A stretch of DNA of 64,000 nt from Bacteroidales bacterium (lineage in GTDB: Bacteria > Bacteroidota > Bacteroidia > Bacteroidales > Azobacteroidaceae). The DNA lies in NCBI GenBank assembly GCA_031551395.1, contig JAVBNR010000006.1:25554-89553 (forward strand). The letters run 5' to 3'. A program made the translations under genes and the position numbers. Shown here in pieces: positions 38,589 through 47,746 of the stretch; within the stretch, counting starts at the first letter, position 1, and each line of letters opens with the position of its first letter. Under the pieces are notes generated by a model, which did no database searches, was not told where the DNA came from, and was given only the letters and a program-made list of their open reading frames with translations.

Positions 38589-39527
38589 TTATATGAGATA
38601 CAAAGAACTGATAGATTCATTATTACATACCCTCAGGATCGCATCGGCAAACATATCTGCGACTGAGATAACCTTTACTTTTTCACACTTTTTGGAGTAA
38701 GGGATACTGTCTGTAAAGAAAATTTCAGTCAAAGAAGATTGATCGATTCGGGTAGATGCCGGGTCTGACATGACAGCATGGGAGGTAATGGCGCGGACTG
38801 AATTAGCTCCTTCCGAGAGCATTAAATCTGCTGCTTTGGTAATCGTGCCTGCCGTATCGACAATATCGTCTACCAATAAAATGTCCATTCCGGTCACATC
38901 TCCAATCACTTTCATTTCTGCGATTTCATTGGCTTTTTTCCGTAATTTATAACAAATAACCATCGGAACATTCAGGTGTTTGGCGTAAGCATTCGCCCTT
39001 TTAGTTCCCCCCACGTCGGGAGTCGCCATGACCAGGTTCGGTAAGTTCAGGTTTTTGATTTCGTCTATGAAAACAGAAGAGGCATACAAGTGATCGACAG
39101 GAACATCGAAAAACCCTTGGATTTGATCTGCGTGTAAATCCATTGTAATAAGTCTGTTGATTCCTGCTGTGCTCAGCAGGTTTGCGACTAGCTTAGCTCC
39201 AATGGAGACCCGCGGCTTGTCTTTTCTATCCTGACGCGCCCATCCGAAATAAGGAATTACGGCAATAATTGATTTGGCTGAAGCCCGTTTAGCTGCGTCA
39301 ATCATCAGTAAAAGCTCCATTAAGTTGTCGGAGTTAGGAAAAGTAGATTGTACCAGAAAGACATGACTACCCCGGATCGACTCTTCATAAGAAACCGAAA
39401 ATTCGCCATCAGCAAAACGTTCGATATTCATGTGACCTAACTCGCAGTGGAGACTATTGCATATTTTCTCAGCTAAATAACGGGTGCTGGTACCCGCAAA
39501 AATTTTGAATGGAACGCCTGTTTGCAT
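38589..39527 (-). CDS. prs: Ribose-phosphate pyrophosphokinase
   Basis: FADGE, PYFGWARQDRK, DLHADQ, PDVGG, VDDIVDTAGT. Confidence 0.97.
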   Translation of the reverse strand: MQTGVPFKIFAGTSTRYLAEKICNSLHCELGHMNIERFADGEFSVSYEESIRGSHVFLVQSTFPNSDNLMELLLMIDAAKRASAKSIIAVIPYFGWARQDRKDKPRVSIGAKLVANLLSTAGINRLITMDLHADQIQGFFDVPVDHLYASSVFIDEIKNLNLPNLVMATPDVGGTKRANAYAKHLNVPMVICYKLRKKANEIAEMKVIGDVTGMDILLVDDIVDTAGTITKAADLMLSEGANSVRAITSHAVMSDPASTRIDQSSLTEIFFTDSIPYSKKCEKVKVISVADMFADAILRVCNNESISSLYLI

Positions 39528-39546
39528 GATTTTTTTAATTTTGACA

Positions 39547-39554
39547 CAAAAGTA
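39547..39554 (-). promoter_or_regulatory. -7 box for prs
   Basis: TACTTTTG on the minus strand. Confidence 0.6.
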
Positions 39555-39563
39555 ATATAAAGT

Positions 39564-41258
39564 TTATAATATTGCAAACTTCAATATCCTTCCATTTTGC
39601 GGCATTATTTTCATTTTGTAATGGGAGTTGCGTTGAAGTCCGGAAGTTAATTTTTCTCCGGAAAATAAATCGATACCCGAAGCAGTTGTTTCGGATTTTA
39701 TTCCCATATAGTCAAAGGCATGAGAGGGAATAAATACGGAAAGATCCGTTTCTTTGTCGTCGAAATTAACCGCAATCAGCAGAATCTCTTTTCCTGACTG
39801 GCGCATGAATGCATATTGCTTATCTGTATTGAAATACGGATTGTTGTGATTCACATACATGAGATCGTATGAAACACCTTCGTAAATAGCTTTTTCCGAA
39901 GAGCAAATCTGTAGCAGACGCACATAAAAATTTCTTATTTCTTTTTGTTCCGGGGAGAGCTTTTTCAGATTGTATTGCCCGCCGTTCCTCCAGTTCCGGA
40001 CAGATTCGATGCTCCAATAGTCGAAGATGGTAGTCCTGCCGTCTTTTCCGCTGAATCCTTCCGCTTCCATTCCGGCTTCGCCCAGTTCCTGTCCGAAATA
40101 GATCATGAATGGATTGGTATACATTGTTGCGGCTACGATCATGGCTGGGAATGCTTTTAGGGGGTCTTTTGCAAAGAAATCAGATGCAATGCGCTGTTCG
40201 TCGTGATTCTCCAGGAAATACAACATGTGTTTCCGGATATCGTCGACCGATTGCCAGCAGGAAGTGATAGCTTCTGCACTTTTATATCCTCTGATTATAT
40301 CTTTCAGCGTATCGTATAACCCGACTTTATCATACAGGAAATCGAATTTTCCTTCAAAAATATAGTTCCGGTAGGCATTGGGATTATAAATTTCAGCAAT
40401 AAAATTTACAGCGGGGTATTGTTTTTTTACCTGGGGAATAGCCCAATTCCAAAATTCGACAGGAACCATTTCGGCCATATCGCAACGAAATCCGTCTATG
40501 TTTTTGGAAGCCCAGAATTGTAGAATTTGCAGCATTTTATGCCATGTGTCCGGAGCCGGATTGAAATGGGATACGTGACCTCCGAGGTAATCGATACCAT
40601 AATTCAGCTTTGCTGTTTCATACCAATCGTTGCTTGTCGGTGTCGCATCAAATCGGTCGTTTCCGGTTGCTTTAGCCGGAAATTCTTCATAGCAAATGCC
40701 GTTGCACATTAAATTAAAATGAGGTTCAAATGCTTGTCCGGGGATGTAATAAAAATTATTATTGACATCATAAGAAGTATGTACATTGTCATTGGCTCCG
40801 AGGTCGGTTATTCCGGTCGGCTTTGCATCCGATTGATATTGACGGGCGACATGGTTGGGCACAAAGTCAATGATTATTTTCAGTCCCGCCTGGTGTGTCC
40901 TTTCGACAAGCGCTTCGAATTCCTGCATGCGATTATTGACCTGATCAGCCAGGTCGGGATCGACATCATAGTAGTCCTTGATAGCATAAGGAGATCCTGC
41001 AATCCCCTTGACAACAGCCGGATGATCTTTGGAAATATTGAATTCCGAATAATCCGTTTGAGTTGCATGTTCAATGATTCCGGTATACCAGATATGAGTG
41101 AACCCCATTTTTTTGATTTCATTCAGCGCTTTTTCCGAAAAAGCAGAAAGTTTTCCTGCGCCGTTTTCTTCAATAGTTCCGTTCGGTCGATTGGAGGAAT
41201 TGTCATTCCCAAATAATCGGGGAAGTACCTGATAAATGATCATTTTATTTGTTTTCAT
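39564..41258 (-). CDS. GH13 alpha-amylase family hydrolase, no signal peptide
   Basis: Start moved to 41258 (MKTNKMIIYQ); DFVPNH, GFRCDMAE, AEIY and ENHD conserved regions. Confidence 0.9.
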   Translation of the reverse strand: MKTNKMIIYQVLPRLFGNDNSSNRPNGTIEENGAGKLSAFSEKALNEIKKMGFTHIWYTGIIEHATQTDYSEFNISKDHPAVVKGIAGSPYAIKDYYDVDPDLADQVNNRMQEFEALVERTHQAGLKIIIDFVPNHVARQYQSDAKPTGITDLGANDNVHTSYDVNNNFYYIPGQAFEPHFNLMCNGICYEEFPAKATGNDRFDATPTSNDWYETAKLNYGIDYLGGHVSHFNPAPDTWHKMLQILQFWASKNIDGFRCDMAEMVPVEFWNWAIPQVKKQYPAVNFIAEIYNPNAYRNYIFEGKFDFLYDKVGLYDTLKDIIRGYKSAEAITSCWQSVDDIRKHMLYFLENHDEQRIASDFFAKDPLKAFPAMIVAATMYTNPFMIYFGQELGEAGMEAEGFSGKDGRTTIFDYWSIESVRNWRNGGQYNLKKLSPEQKEIRNFYVRLLQICSSEKAIYEGVSYDLMYVNHNNPYFNTDKQYAFMRQSGKEILLIAVNFDDKETDLSVFIPSHAFDYMGIKSETTASGIDLFSGEKLTSGLQRNSHYKMKIMPQNGRILKFAIL

Positions 41259-41456
41259 CCATTCATTCGTTTTATAAACAGGCGTCTGTTGTTTTATTTT
41301 AATACCGCTGTCAAATTTAAGATCAGCGTCATTGTACAAATGTAATAATAATTATGAAAACGAGCATTTACATGTATGTAAGTCCTAGCTAATGAAAATG
41401 CGAGTTTCCATACGACAATAATATAAAAATAAATATTTACGTATGAAAGTATACCT

Positions 41457-41490
41457 AAAAAAAAGAGGCGAACTTCGCAGAACGCCTCTT
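41457..41490 (-). terminator. Terminator after the RRM gene
   Basis: AAGAGGCG / CGCCTCTT stem followed by a T-tract on the minus strand. Confidence 0.75.
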
Positions 41491-41509
41491 CTCTATAGAC
41501 AATATATAA

Positions 41510-41818
41510 TTAATATCTGCCTCTGTTGTAACCACCACCGCCGCGATTGTTGCTGAATTCGCGTCTTGGTCTTTCTTCTCTTGGTTTTGCTTCGGAAACA
41601 GAGATTGTTCTGCCGTCGTATTCAGCCCCGTTCAATTCAGCTATAGCTTTTGCTGCTGCTGTTTCGTCATCCATTTCTACAAATCCATAACCTTTGGATC
41701 TTCCTGTTTGACGATCTACGATTACTTTAGCAGAAGTAATCTGTCCATACTCTTCGAAAAGATTTGATAAATCGGCATCGTTTACTTTGAAACTCAAACC
41801 TGCAATAAAAATGTTCAT
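41510..41818 (-). CDS. RRM-domain RNA-binding protein with Gly/Arg-rich tail
   Basis: RNP2 IFIAGL, RNP1 KGYGFVEM, tail NNRGGGGYNRGRY. Confidence 0.95.
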   Translation of the reverse strand: MNIFIAGLSFKVNDADLSNLFEEYGQITSAKVIVDRQTGRSKGYGFVEMDDETAAAKAIAELNGAEYDGRTISVSEAKPREERPRREFSNNRGGGGYNRGRY

Positions 41819-41946
41819 TTTGTAAAAAAAATAAATTTGTAAATAAATAAAAAATCACATGAGGATCATCGCAGTGAAATACACAATACCGAATATCAAC
41901 TCGAAAAATGGAAATAACTCTGTTTAAAATACTCAAATGTTTGGGA

Positions 41947-41954
41947 CAAAGGTA
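41947..41954 (-). promoter_or_regulatory. -7 box for the RRM gene (implies a ~120-nt leader)
   Basis: TACCTTTG on the minus strand. Confidence 0.55.
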
Positions 41955-42005
41955 AGTGATTAAAATGAATAAACAAAAAAAACGAAGGAATTAATGAAAA
42001 TAATA

Positions 42006-42056
42006 AAAAAATAAAGGAAATATAAACAATTATTGCTATTATTTCCTTTATTTTTT
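42006..42056 (-). terminator. AT-rich inverted repeat, probable terminator of the mce-mmd operon
   Basis: 17-bp perfect arms AAAAAATAAAGGAAATA / TATTTCCTTTATTTTTT, 40 bp past the BCCP stop. Confidence 0.6.
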
Positions 42057-42095
42057 AGTTTTTATCTCAAAAATCGGAGTAAGATTTCTTTGATT

Positions 42096-42515
42096 TTATT
42101 CGATCACGATGAGATCAGCTCCTTCCAAAACAGAATCTCCTTTGCTAACCTTGACTTCTTTAACAACTCCATCGCGATCGGAGTTGATGGCGTTTTCCAT
42201 TTTCATGGCTTCAAGAACAACGACTTTTTGTCCACGGGTTACCGTATCTCCTGCTTTGCAAAGTACATCTAGAATGGTACCTGGCAGTGGAGATTGGATC
42301 GATCCGATACCTCCTCCGCTGGTTTTCGGACGAGCAATTGGCGGAACTGTACCTGCAGCAGGTGCATCGATTACAACCACTTCTTTTTTGGCCGGTCTTT
42401 GCATTTCGATCTGGAAAGAAGCCCCGTTTACTGTTACATCAGCAACGTAATCTTCAATACTGTTTACTTCTACATTGTAAACCTTACCGTTAATTTTATA
42501 TTCGAATTTTTTCAT
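42096..42515 (-). CDS. mmdC: Biotin carboxyl carrier protein (methylmalonyl-CoA decarboxylase gamma-like)
   Basis: SPLPG and EAMKM biotinylation motif; Pro/Ala linker. Confidence 0.9.
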   Translation of the reverse strand: MKKFEYKINGKVYNVEVNSIEDYVADVTVNGASFQIEMQRPAKKEVVVIDAPAAGTVPPIARPKTSGGGIGSIQSPLPGTILDVLCKAGDTVTRGQKVVVLEAMKMENAINSDRDGVVKEVKVSKGDSVLEGADLIVIE

Positions 42516-42536
42516 TTGTAATTTTTTTATTGAGTA

Positions 42537-42734
42537 TTACCAAGTTTTTTTTCCTGGAATTTCTCTTAATGTATAAATTTTAGAGCTCCATGGAGAATAA
42601 TTACTACTTACTTTTTTAATTGTAAGTATCGTATGTTCTTCATCATGTTCTATCCCGGAAGCTTCGTAAAGAGCCATGGCGATGGCCGCATACAGGGCAT
42701 CCGGTTCTCCGTTTGAACGTTTATTTTCTTCCAT
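42537..42734 (-). CDS. Small soluble OadG/MmdD(delta)-like subunit
   Basis: 65 aa; AAIAMALYE...H D.E..LTI...SPWSSKIY.LR resembles the C-terminus of Bacteroidales OadG-family proteins; no TM helix. Confidence 0.7.
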   Translation of the reverse strand: MEENKRSNGEPDALYAAIAMALYEASGIEHDEEHTILTIKKVSSNYSPWSSKIYTLREIPGKKTW

Positions 42735-42751
42735 TTGAATACAATATTAAA

Positions 42752-44305
42752 TTATAATGGCAAATTGTCGTGTTTCTTAGCCGGATTGAACTGCTTCTTG
42801 GTAGCTAATTGTTGCAGTGCCCGAATCACACGGAAGCGAGTGTTACGTGGTTCGATCACATCATCAATATAACCATATTTAGCCGCATTGTACGGATTAG
42901 CGAACGCGCGGTTGTATTCTGCTTCTTTTTCAGTCAGATAAGCAGCCGGATTTTCAGCATCTTTCGCTTCTCTTGCATAGAGAACTTCGACAGCGCCGGC
43001 GCCTCCCATTACTGCAATTTCAGCTGTAGGCCATGCATAGTTCATGTCTCCGCGCAGTTGTTTACAACTCATAACGATGTGAGCTCCACCGTAAGACTTA
43101 CGCAGTGTAACCGTTACTTTAGGCACAGTAGCTTCTCCGTATGCATAGAGCAATTTGGCTCCGTGTACGATAACGCCGCCGTATTCCTGACCTGTTCCCG
43201 GAAGGAATCCCGGTACATCCACCAATGTAACCAAAGGAATGTTGAATGCATCGCAGAAACGAACAAAACGGGCTGCTTTACGGGAAGCATTGATATCCAA
43301 TACGCCTGCAAGGCATTTCGGTTGATTGGCTACGATACCGATAGAGCGTCCGTTCATTCGGGCGAATCCTACGATAATATTCCGAGCATAATCAGCGTGA
43401 ACTTCCAGAAACTCGCCATTGTCGACGATTGCTCCGATCACTTCATACATGTCGTAAGGTTTGTTCGGACTATCGGGGATGATATCATTCAGAGAATCTT
43501 CCAGACGATCGATCGGATCGTTGATTTCATAAACAGGCGGTTCTTCCAGGTTGTTTTGAGGCAAATAGCTCAATAACTTGCGAATTAGATCGATTCCTTC
43601 TTTTCCGGTATCGACGGCAAAATGCGTAACCCCTGACTTGGAAGCGTGTACGGCAGCTCCTCCTAATTGTTCTTGGGTCACATCTTCCCCGGTAACTGTT
43701 TTGACGACTTTCGGACCGGTAAGGAACATATAGCTCATTCCTTTAGCCATGATTGTGAAGTCTGTCAATGCCGGAGAATATACAGCTCCACCGGCGCAAG
43801 GACCAAAAATACCTGAAATTTGAGGAACGACTCCGGATGCCAGAATGTTCCGTTGGAAAATTTCGGCATATCCTGCTAATGCGTTGATTCCTTCCTGAAT
43901 ACGAGCGCCTCCCGAGTCATTGATTCCAACGATAGGAGCCCCCATTTTCATAGCCATATCCATTACTTTACAGATTTTCATGGCCATTGTTTCTGACAAG
44001 GATCCTCCAATTACTGTAAAGTCTTGGGCGAAAATATAAACCAGACGTCCGTCGATAGTTCCGTAACCGGTAACGACCCCGTCTCCCAAATACTGTTTCT
44101 TTTCCATGCCGAAGTTTGTACAACGGTGTTGAACAAACATATCCAACTCTTCAAAACTGCCTTCATCCAATAGCATCGTGATACGCTCACGTGCAGTGTA
44201 TTTTCCTTGGGCATGTTGTTTTTCGATAGCAGCTTCTCCACCGCCTAAACGAGCTTTACTCCGTAATTCAATAAGCTCTTTTACTTTTTCAAGTTGATTA
44301 CTCAT
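42752..44305 (-). CDS. mmdA: Acyl-CoA carboxyltransferase (methylmalonyl-CoA decarboxylase alpha / PccB-like)
   Basis: [48 protein letters not shown]. Confidence 0.92.
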   Translation of the reverse strand: MSNQLEKVKELIELRSKARLGGGEAAIEKQHAQGKYTARERITMLLDEGSFEELDMFVQHRCTNFGMEKKQYLGDGVVTGYGTIDGRLVYIFAQDFTVIGGSLSETMAMKICKVMDMAMKMGAPIVGINDSGGARIQEGINALAGYAEIFQRNILASGVVPQISGIFGPCAGGAVYSPALTDFTIMAKGMSYMFLTGPKVVKTVTGEDVTQEQLGGAAVHASKSGVTHFAVDTGKEGIDLIRKLLSYLPQNNLEEPPVYEINDPIDRLEDSLNDIIPDSPNKPYDMYEVIGAIVDNGEFLEVHADYARNIIVGFARMNGRSIGIVANQPKCLAGVLDINASRKAARFVRFCDAFNIPLVTLVDVPGFLPGTGQEYGGVIVHGAKLLYAYGEATVPKVTVTLRKSYGGAHIVMSCKQLRGDMNYAWPTAEIAVMGGAGAVEVLYAREAKDAENPAAYLTEKEAEYNRAFANPYNAAKYGYIDDVIEPRNTRFRVIRALQQLATKKQFNPAKKHDNLPL

Positions 44306-44328
44306 AGATATGTATAATTAGGATTTAA

Positions 44329-44733
44329 TTATTTGTGATCGCAGAATTCAGTGAGCACTCCGGCTGTCGATTTCGGGTGCAGGAATGCGATATTCAGACC
44401 CTCTGCTCCTGATCTGGGAGCTTTGTCAATCAGTTGTACGCCTTTTGACTCCACTTCATTCAAGGCCGCAGCAACATCTGGTACGGCAAACGCAATGTGA
44501 TGGACGCCTTCTCCTTTCTTCTCTATGAATTTTGCAATAGTAGAATCTTCGGAAGTAGGCTCCAATAGTTCAATTTTTGTTTGTCCTACCTGGAAAAATG
44601 CGGTTTTTACTTTTTGGTCTGCAACAACTTCGATATTGTAGCACTTTAATCCCAAAACTTGTTCATAATAGGGGAGGGAAGCCTCAATGCTTTTCACAGC
44701 AATTCCCAAATGTTCAATATGAGAAATTTCCAT
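44329..44733 (-). CDS. mce: Methylmalonyl-CoA epimerase
   Basis: HIEHLGIAV, IELLEP, GEGVHHIAF, FLHPK..GVLTE. Confidence 0.95.
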   Translation of the reverse strand: MEISHIEHLGIAVKSIEASLPYYEQVLGLKCYNIEVVADQKVKTAFFQVGQTKIELLEPTSEDSTIAKFIEKKGEGVHHIAFAVPDVAAALNEVESKGVQLIDKAPRSGAEGLNIAFLHPKSTAGVLTEFCDHK

Positions 44734-44777
44734 GTAACTAAGAGTTTAGAATTATAACTAATTTTTAAATAAGGATA

Positions 44778-44785
44778 CAAAGGTA
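44778..44785 (-). promoter_or_regulatory. -7 box for the mce-mmd operon
   Basis: TACCTTTG on the minus strand. Confidence 0.6.
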
Positions 44786-44831
44786 GTGCTCTTCTTATTA
44801 ATAAAGAAATTTTTCTATGATTATTTTACCT

Positions 44832-47240
44832 TTAGAATTCCGCGACCAGTTTAATATTAATTTGACGCCCGGTTAAATAGTTGGGGACAGCATATTGGGT
44901 CCCGTAGATATCGGAAAACCATGTATATGAATTTACGTTATTGATATCCAGTAGATTAAAAACATCGACTCCCACCCAAATGTTTTTGAAATAGCTCCAG
45001 ATTTTTTTGTCTCTTGCAATATCATCCTCTCCGAGAAGCAGATAGGCTGCTCCGATATCGATCCGGCGGTATCCTTTGGAACGGAACCGAGGTTCGTAAA
45101 CATAGTTGGGGGTCGGGTATGGCAATCCATCCGACCATATTCCTTTGAGATTGAATTTGATCCGGTTGTTGTTGGGGAAATAATCTGTGAAAAATAATGA
45201 AACAGCAAAACGCTGGTCTGTAGGCAAAGGCGATTTTTGTCCATTCCAGTCCTGTTCTGTTTTCATTAGCGAAAAACTGAGCCAGGAATCTGTTCCGGGA
45301 ACAAATTCTCCAAAAAGTTTCAGATCTATCCCGGTGGCATATCCCTTGGCTACATTACGTCCGTAGTACCGGACTTTAACATCGTTGACCGTATAAGGAA
45401 CCAGATGATCTAATTTCTTATAGTATATCTCTGTTGTAAATTTAAACAAACGGTCACTGAAACGGAATCCGTAATCGCCTCCGAGCACGAAATGAATGGA
45501 GCGTTGCGATTGGATACTGTCATTCAATGTAATGTAAGAATTACCGCTTTCATCTTTATTGGTAACTCTAAATTCTTTATAAAAAGGAGATTGGTAATAC
45601 AGCCCGGTTGCAAAGCGAAAGGTGAAGTTTTGATTGGCCGAAGGGATGAAACCGATAGAACCACGAGGACTGATGATGAGTTCTTTATTGTAATCCCAAT
45701 AACTTCCTCGCAGACCCAAGGTTGTTGAAAATATCCCCTGTTCGGTGCGGAATTTATACGTATCCTGAACGTATCCTGAGAAACGATTGGATTTCAGGTC
45801 ATTTTTAGAATACAAATTGGAATATACTTTCAATAAATTTTCATCGTAAGGAATAGAGTATCCCATTGAATCGCGCATTTCCCATTCTTTGATCCGGTCT
45901 TTGATCGCTTCGCGTTGGTAACCGATCGACCACAACAGCGTGTTGTTTGTGAATTTATGGGATCCGATTTGGGAAATATTGACTACTGTCGAGTGCAGGC
46001 GATCGCGTGCATGTTCATGAAATACGCCTGTGCCTATCAGGGTGTTTTCGGTGTCGTCTGATCCGTCGATCTGTTGTATGTCGCTCAACCAGTATTCGCC
46101 GCCAATATCATATGTTTCTTTTTCTTGCGATTGAAACGCCGAAACTTGTAACCCGATACTCGTGTTTGAAGTCGGATTATATTTCAGGGTTGCAGCTCCG
46201 AATAAAGTGTTGAATTCATCTTCTTCGGTGCCATCATAATAAACGGTAAAGTTTTTGGCATTTTCAATCGTGCCGAAAGAGGTACTTCGACTGTTTGGAG
46301 TGAAGTTATACGTGTTTTTTGCAAAATTTCCGAGAAAACTCAGTTCCCATTGAGGTGTAAAGGAGTAAGTCATGTAGGTTTGTAAATCCATGAATGTCGG
46401 GTTGTATTCTCCTTTTGTATCTAATGTGCCGAGCAATGAAGTTCCTCTTTTATAGCGGAACCCGGTTACCTGGGAGAATTTTTCTGAAGAGTTCCCTACA
46501 TAGACACTTCCTCCTAACATACTTGCGGAGACGGCTCCTTCAAAGGCTTTCGGCTTTTTATAGGTCACATCCAGTACGGACGACATTTTATCTCCGTACT
46601 TCGCTTCAAATCCCCCGGTAGAGAAACTGACCGATTGGGTCAGATCGGGATTGATAAAACTCATTCCTTCTTGTTTTCCGCTACTGACCAATAGGGGACG
46701 GTGTACTTCTATTCCGTTGACATAAACGATGTTTTCGTCGAAGTTCCCACCTCTGACCGAATATTGAGTGCTCAGTTCGTTTGTTTGATGCGCTCCTGTT
46801 GCTGCCGTGACTACCAACGATTCGATGCTTCCTCCGGTCGGGTCTGTTGCCAAGCGTGCTTTGGTCGGATCCAGCCGGTCCATTGTGTTGGTTTGTTTTC
46901 GGATTTCGGTGACGGTTACTTCTCCGATTTCGAATGACATTGTTCGCATGCGTATGCTCACTTGCATATCTCCGTCGACCACAGGGATAACTCGTTGTGT
47001 TTTGTTGTATCCTAAACAGGAAAAGACAAGCGTGCAGGAATCTCCTGTGTTTACAGACAGCGAATATTGGCCTTTTTCGTTGGTAATAGCTGCAATGAGT
47101 AATCCTTTTACCTGCACGGTAGCCAACTCAAGAGGGAGTCCGTCCGAGTCGGTAACAATTCCTGATATTTTTGCTTTTTGGGCAAAAGCAGAGAAAGGAA
47201 GTAGTGTGGCAAGTAGCAGGATAATCAGTCGGTTACTCAT
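44832..47240 (-). CDS. TonB-dependent receptor with carboxypeptidase-like N-domain, no SusD partner
   Basis: Start moved to 47240 (MSNRLIILLL); SVRGGNFDEN, STGGFEAKYGDKMSS, VFNLLD..N, C-terminal Phe. Confidence 0.88.
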   Translation of the reverse strand: MSNRLIILLLATLLPFSAFAQKAKISGIVTDSDGLPLELATVQVKGLLIAAITNEKGQYSLSVNTGDSCTLVFSCLGYNKTQRVIPVVDGDMQVSIRMRTMSFEIGEVTVTEIRKQTNTMDRLDPTKARLATDPTGGSIESLVVTAATGAHQTNELSTQYSVRGGNFDENIVYVNGIEVHRPLLVSSGKQEGMSFINPDLTQSVSFSTGGFEAKYGDKMSSVLDVTYKKPKAFEGAVSASMLGGSVYVGNSSEKFSQVTGFRYKRGTSLLGTLDTKGEYNPTFMDLQTYMTYSFTPQWELSFLGNFAKNTYNFTPNSRSTSFGTIENAKNFTVYYDGTEEDEFNTLFGAATLKYNPTSNTSIGLQVSAFQSQEKETYDIGGEYWLSDIQQIDGSDDTENTLIGTGVFHEHARDRLHSTVVNISQIGSHKFTNNTLLWSIGYQREAIKDRIKEWEMRDSMGYSIPYDENLLKVYSNLYSKNDLKSNRFSGYVQDTYKFRTEQGIFSTTLGLRGSYWDYNKELIISPRGSIGFIPSANQNFTFRFATGLYYQSPFYKEFRVTNKDESGNSYITLNDSIQSQRSIHFVLGGDYGFRFSDRLFKFTTEIYYKKLDHLVPYTVNDVKVRYYGRNVAKGYATGIDLKLFGEFVPGTDSWLSFSLMKTEQDWNGQKSPLPTDQRFAVSLFFTDYFPNNNRIKFNLKGIWSDGLPYPTPNYVYEPRFRSKGYRRIDIGAAYLLLGEDDIARDKKIWSYFKNIWVGVDVFNLLDINNVNSYTWFSDIYGTQYAVPNYLTGRQINIKLVAEF

Positions 47241-47333
47241 CAAATATATAAAATTAAGACTTTCATTTTCCTCAGTTCTCTTTATTCTTTCATTACTAAT
47301 AACGTAGAAAATGATGTTTCCGTATAAAATGTC

Positions 47334-47341
47334 TATATTTG
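47334..47341 (+). promoter_or_regulatory. -7 box for the DUF3127-nuclease operon
   Basis: TATATTTG 33 bp before ATG 47374. Confidence 0.6.
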
Positions 47342-47373
47342 CATTCAAAATAATTTTAAAACATAAAAAAAGA

Positions 47374-47742
47374 ATGCAACTAACAGCCAAATTGACTCAG
47401 CTACTTCCTTTGCAATCCGGGACAGGAAAAAACGGAGAATGGAGAAAACAAGACATTGTTGTAGAAACAGAAGGACAATATCCGAAAAAAATATGTATTT
47501 CCATTTGGGGAGATAAAATCAATAATACACAACTTCAGCCGGGTAATAACCTCACGATTGATTTTGATATCGAAAGCCGTGAATACAACGGTCGTTGGTA
47601 TACGGATGTTAAAGCGTGGAAAATCGAGTTAGCCGGAGCAAACGGTAACATGTCTCCGGAGTATCCGTCAGACGCAGGATTCCCTGCACCGTCGTCGATG
47701 CCTCCGTTACCGGAAAATCCGTCTGACGATCTGCCATTCTGA
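47374..47742 (+). CDS. DUF3127 family protein (SSB-like, acidic DDLPF tail)
   Basis: Start moved to 47374; G.WRKQD, QYPKKI, SREYNGRWYTDVKAWK; Pro-rich linker then DDLPF. Confidence 0.82.
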   Translation: MQLTAKLTQLLPLQSGTGKNGEWRKQDIVVETEGQYPKKICISIWGDKINNTQLQPGNNLTIDFDIESREYNGRWYTDVKAWKIELAGANGNMSPEYPSDAGFPAPSSMPPLPENPSDDLPF

Positions 47743-47746
47743 TGTA

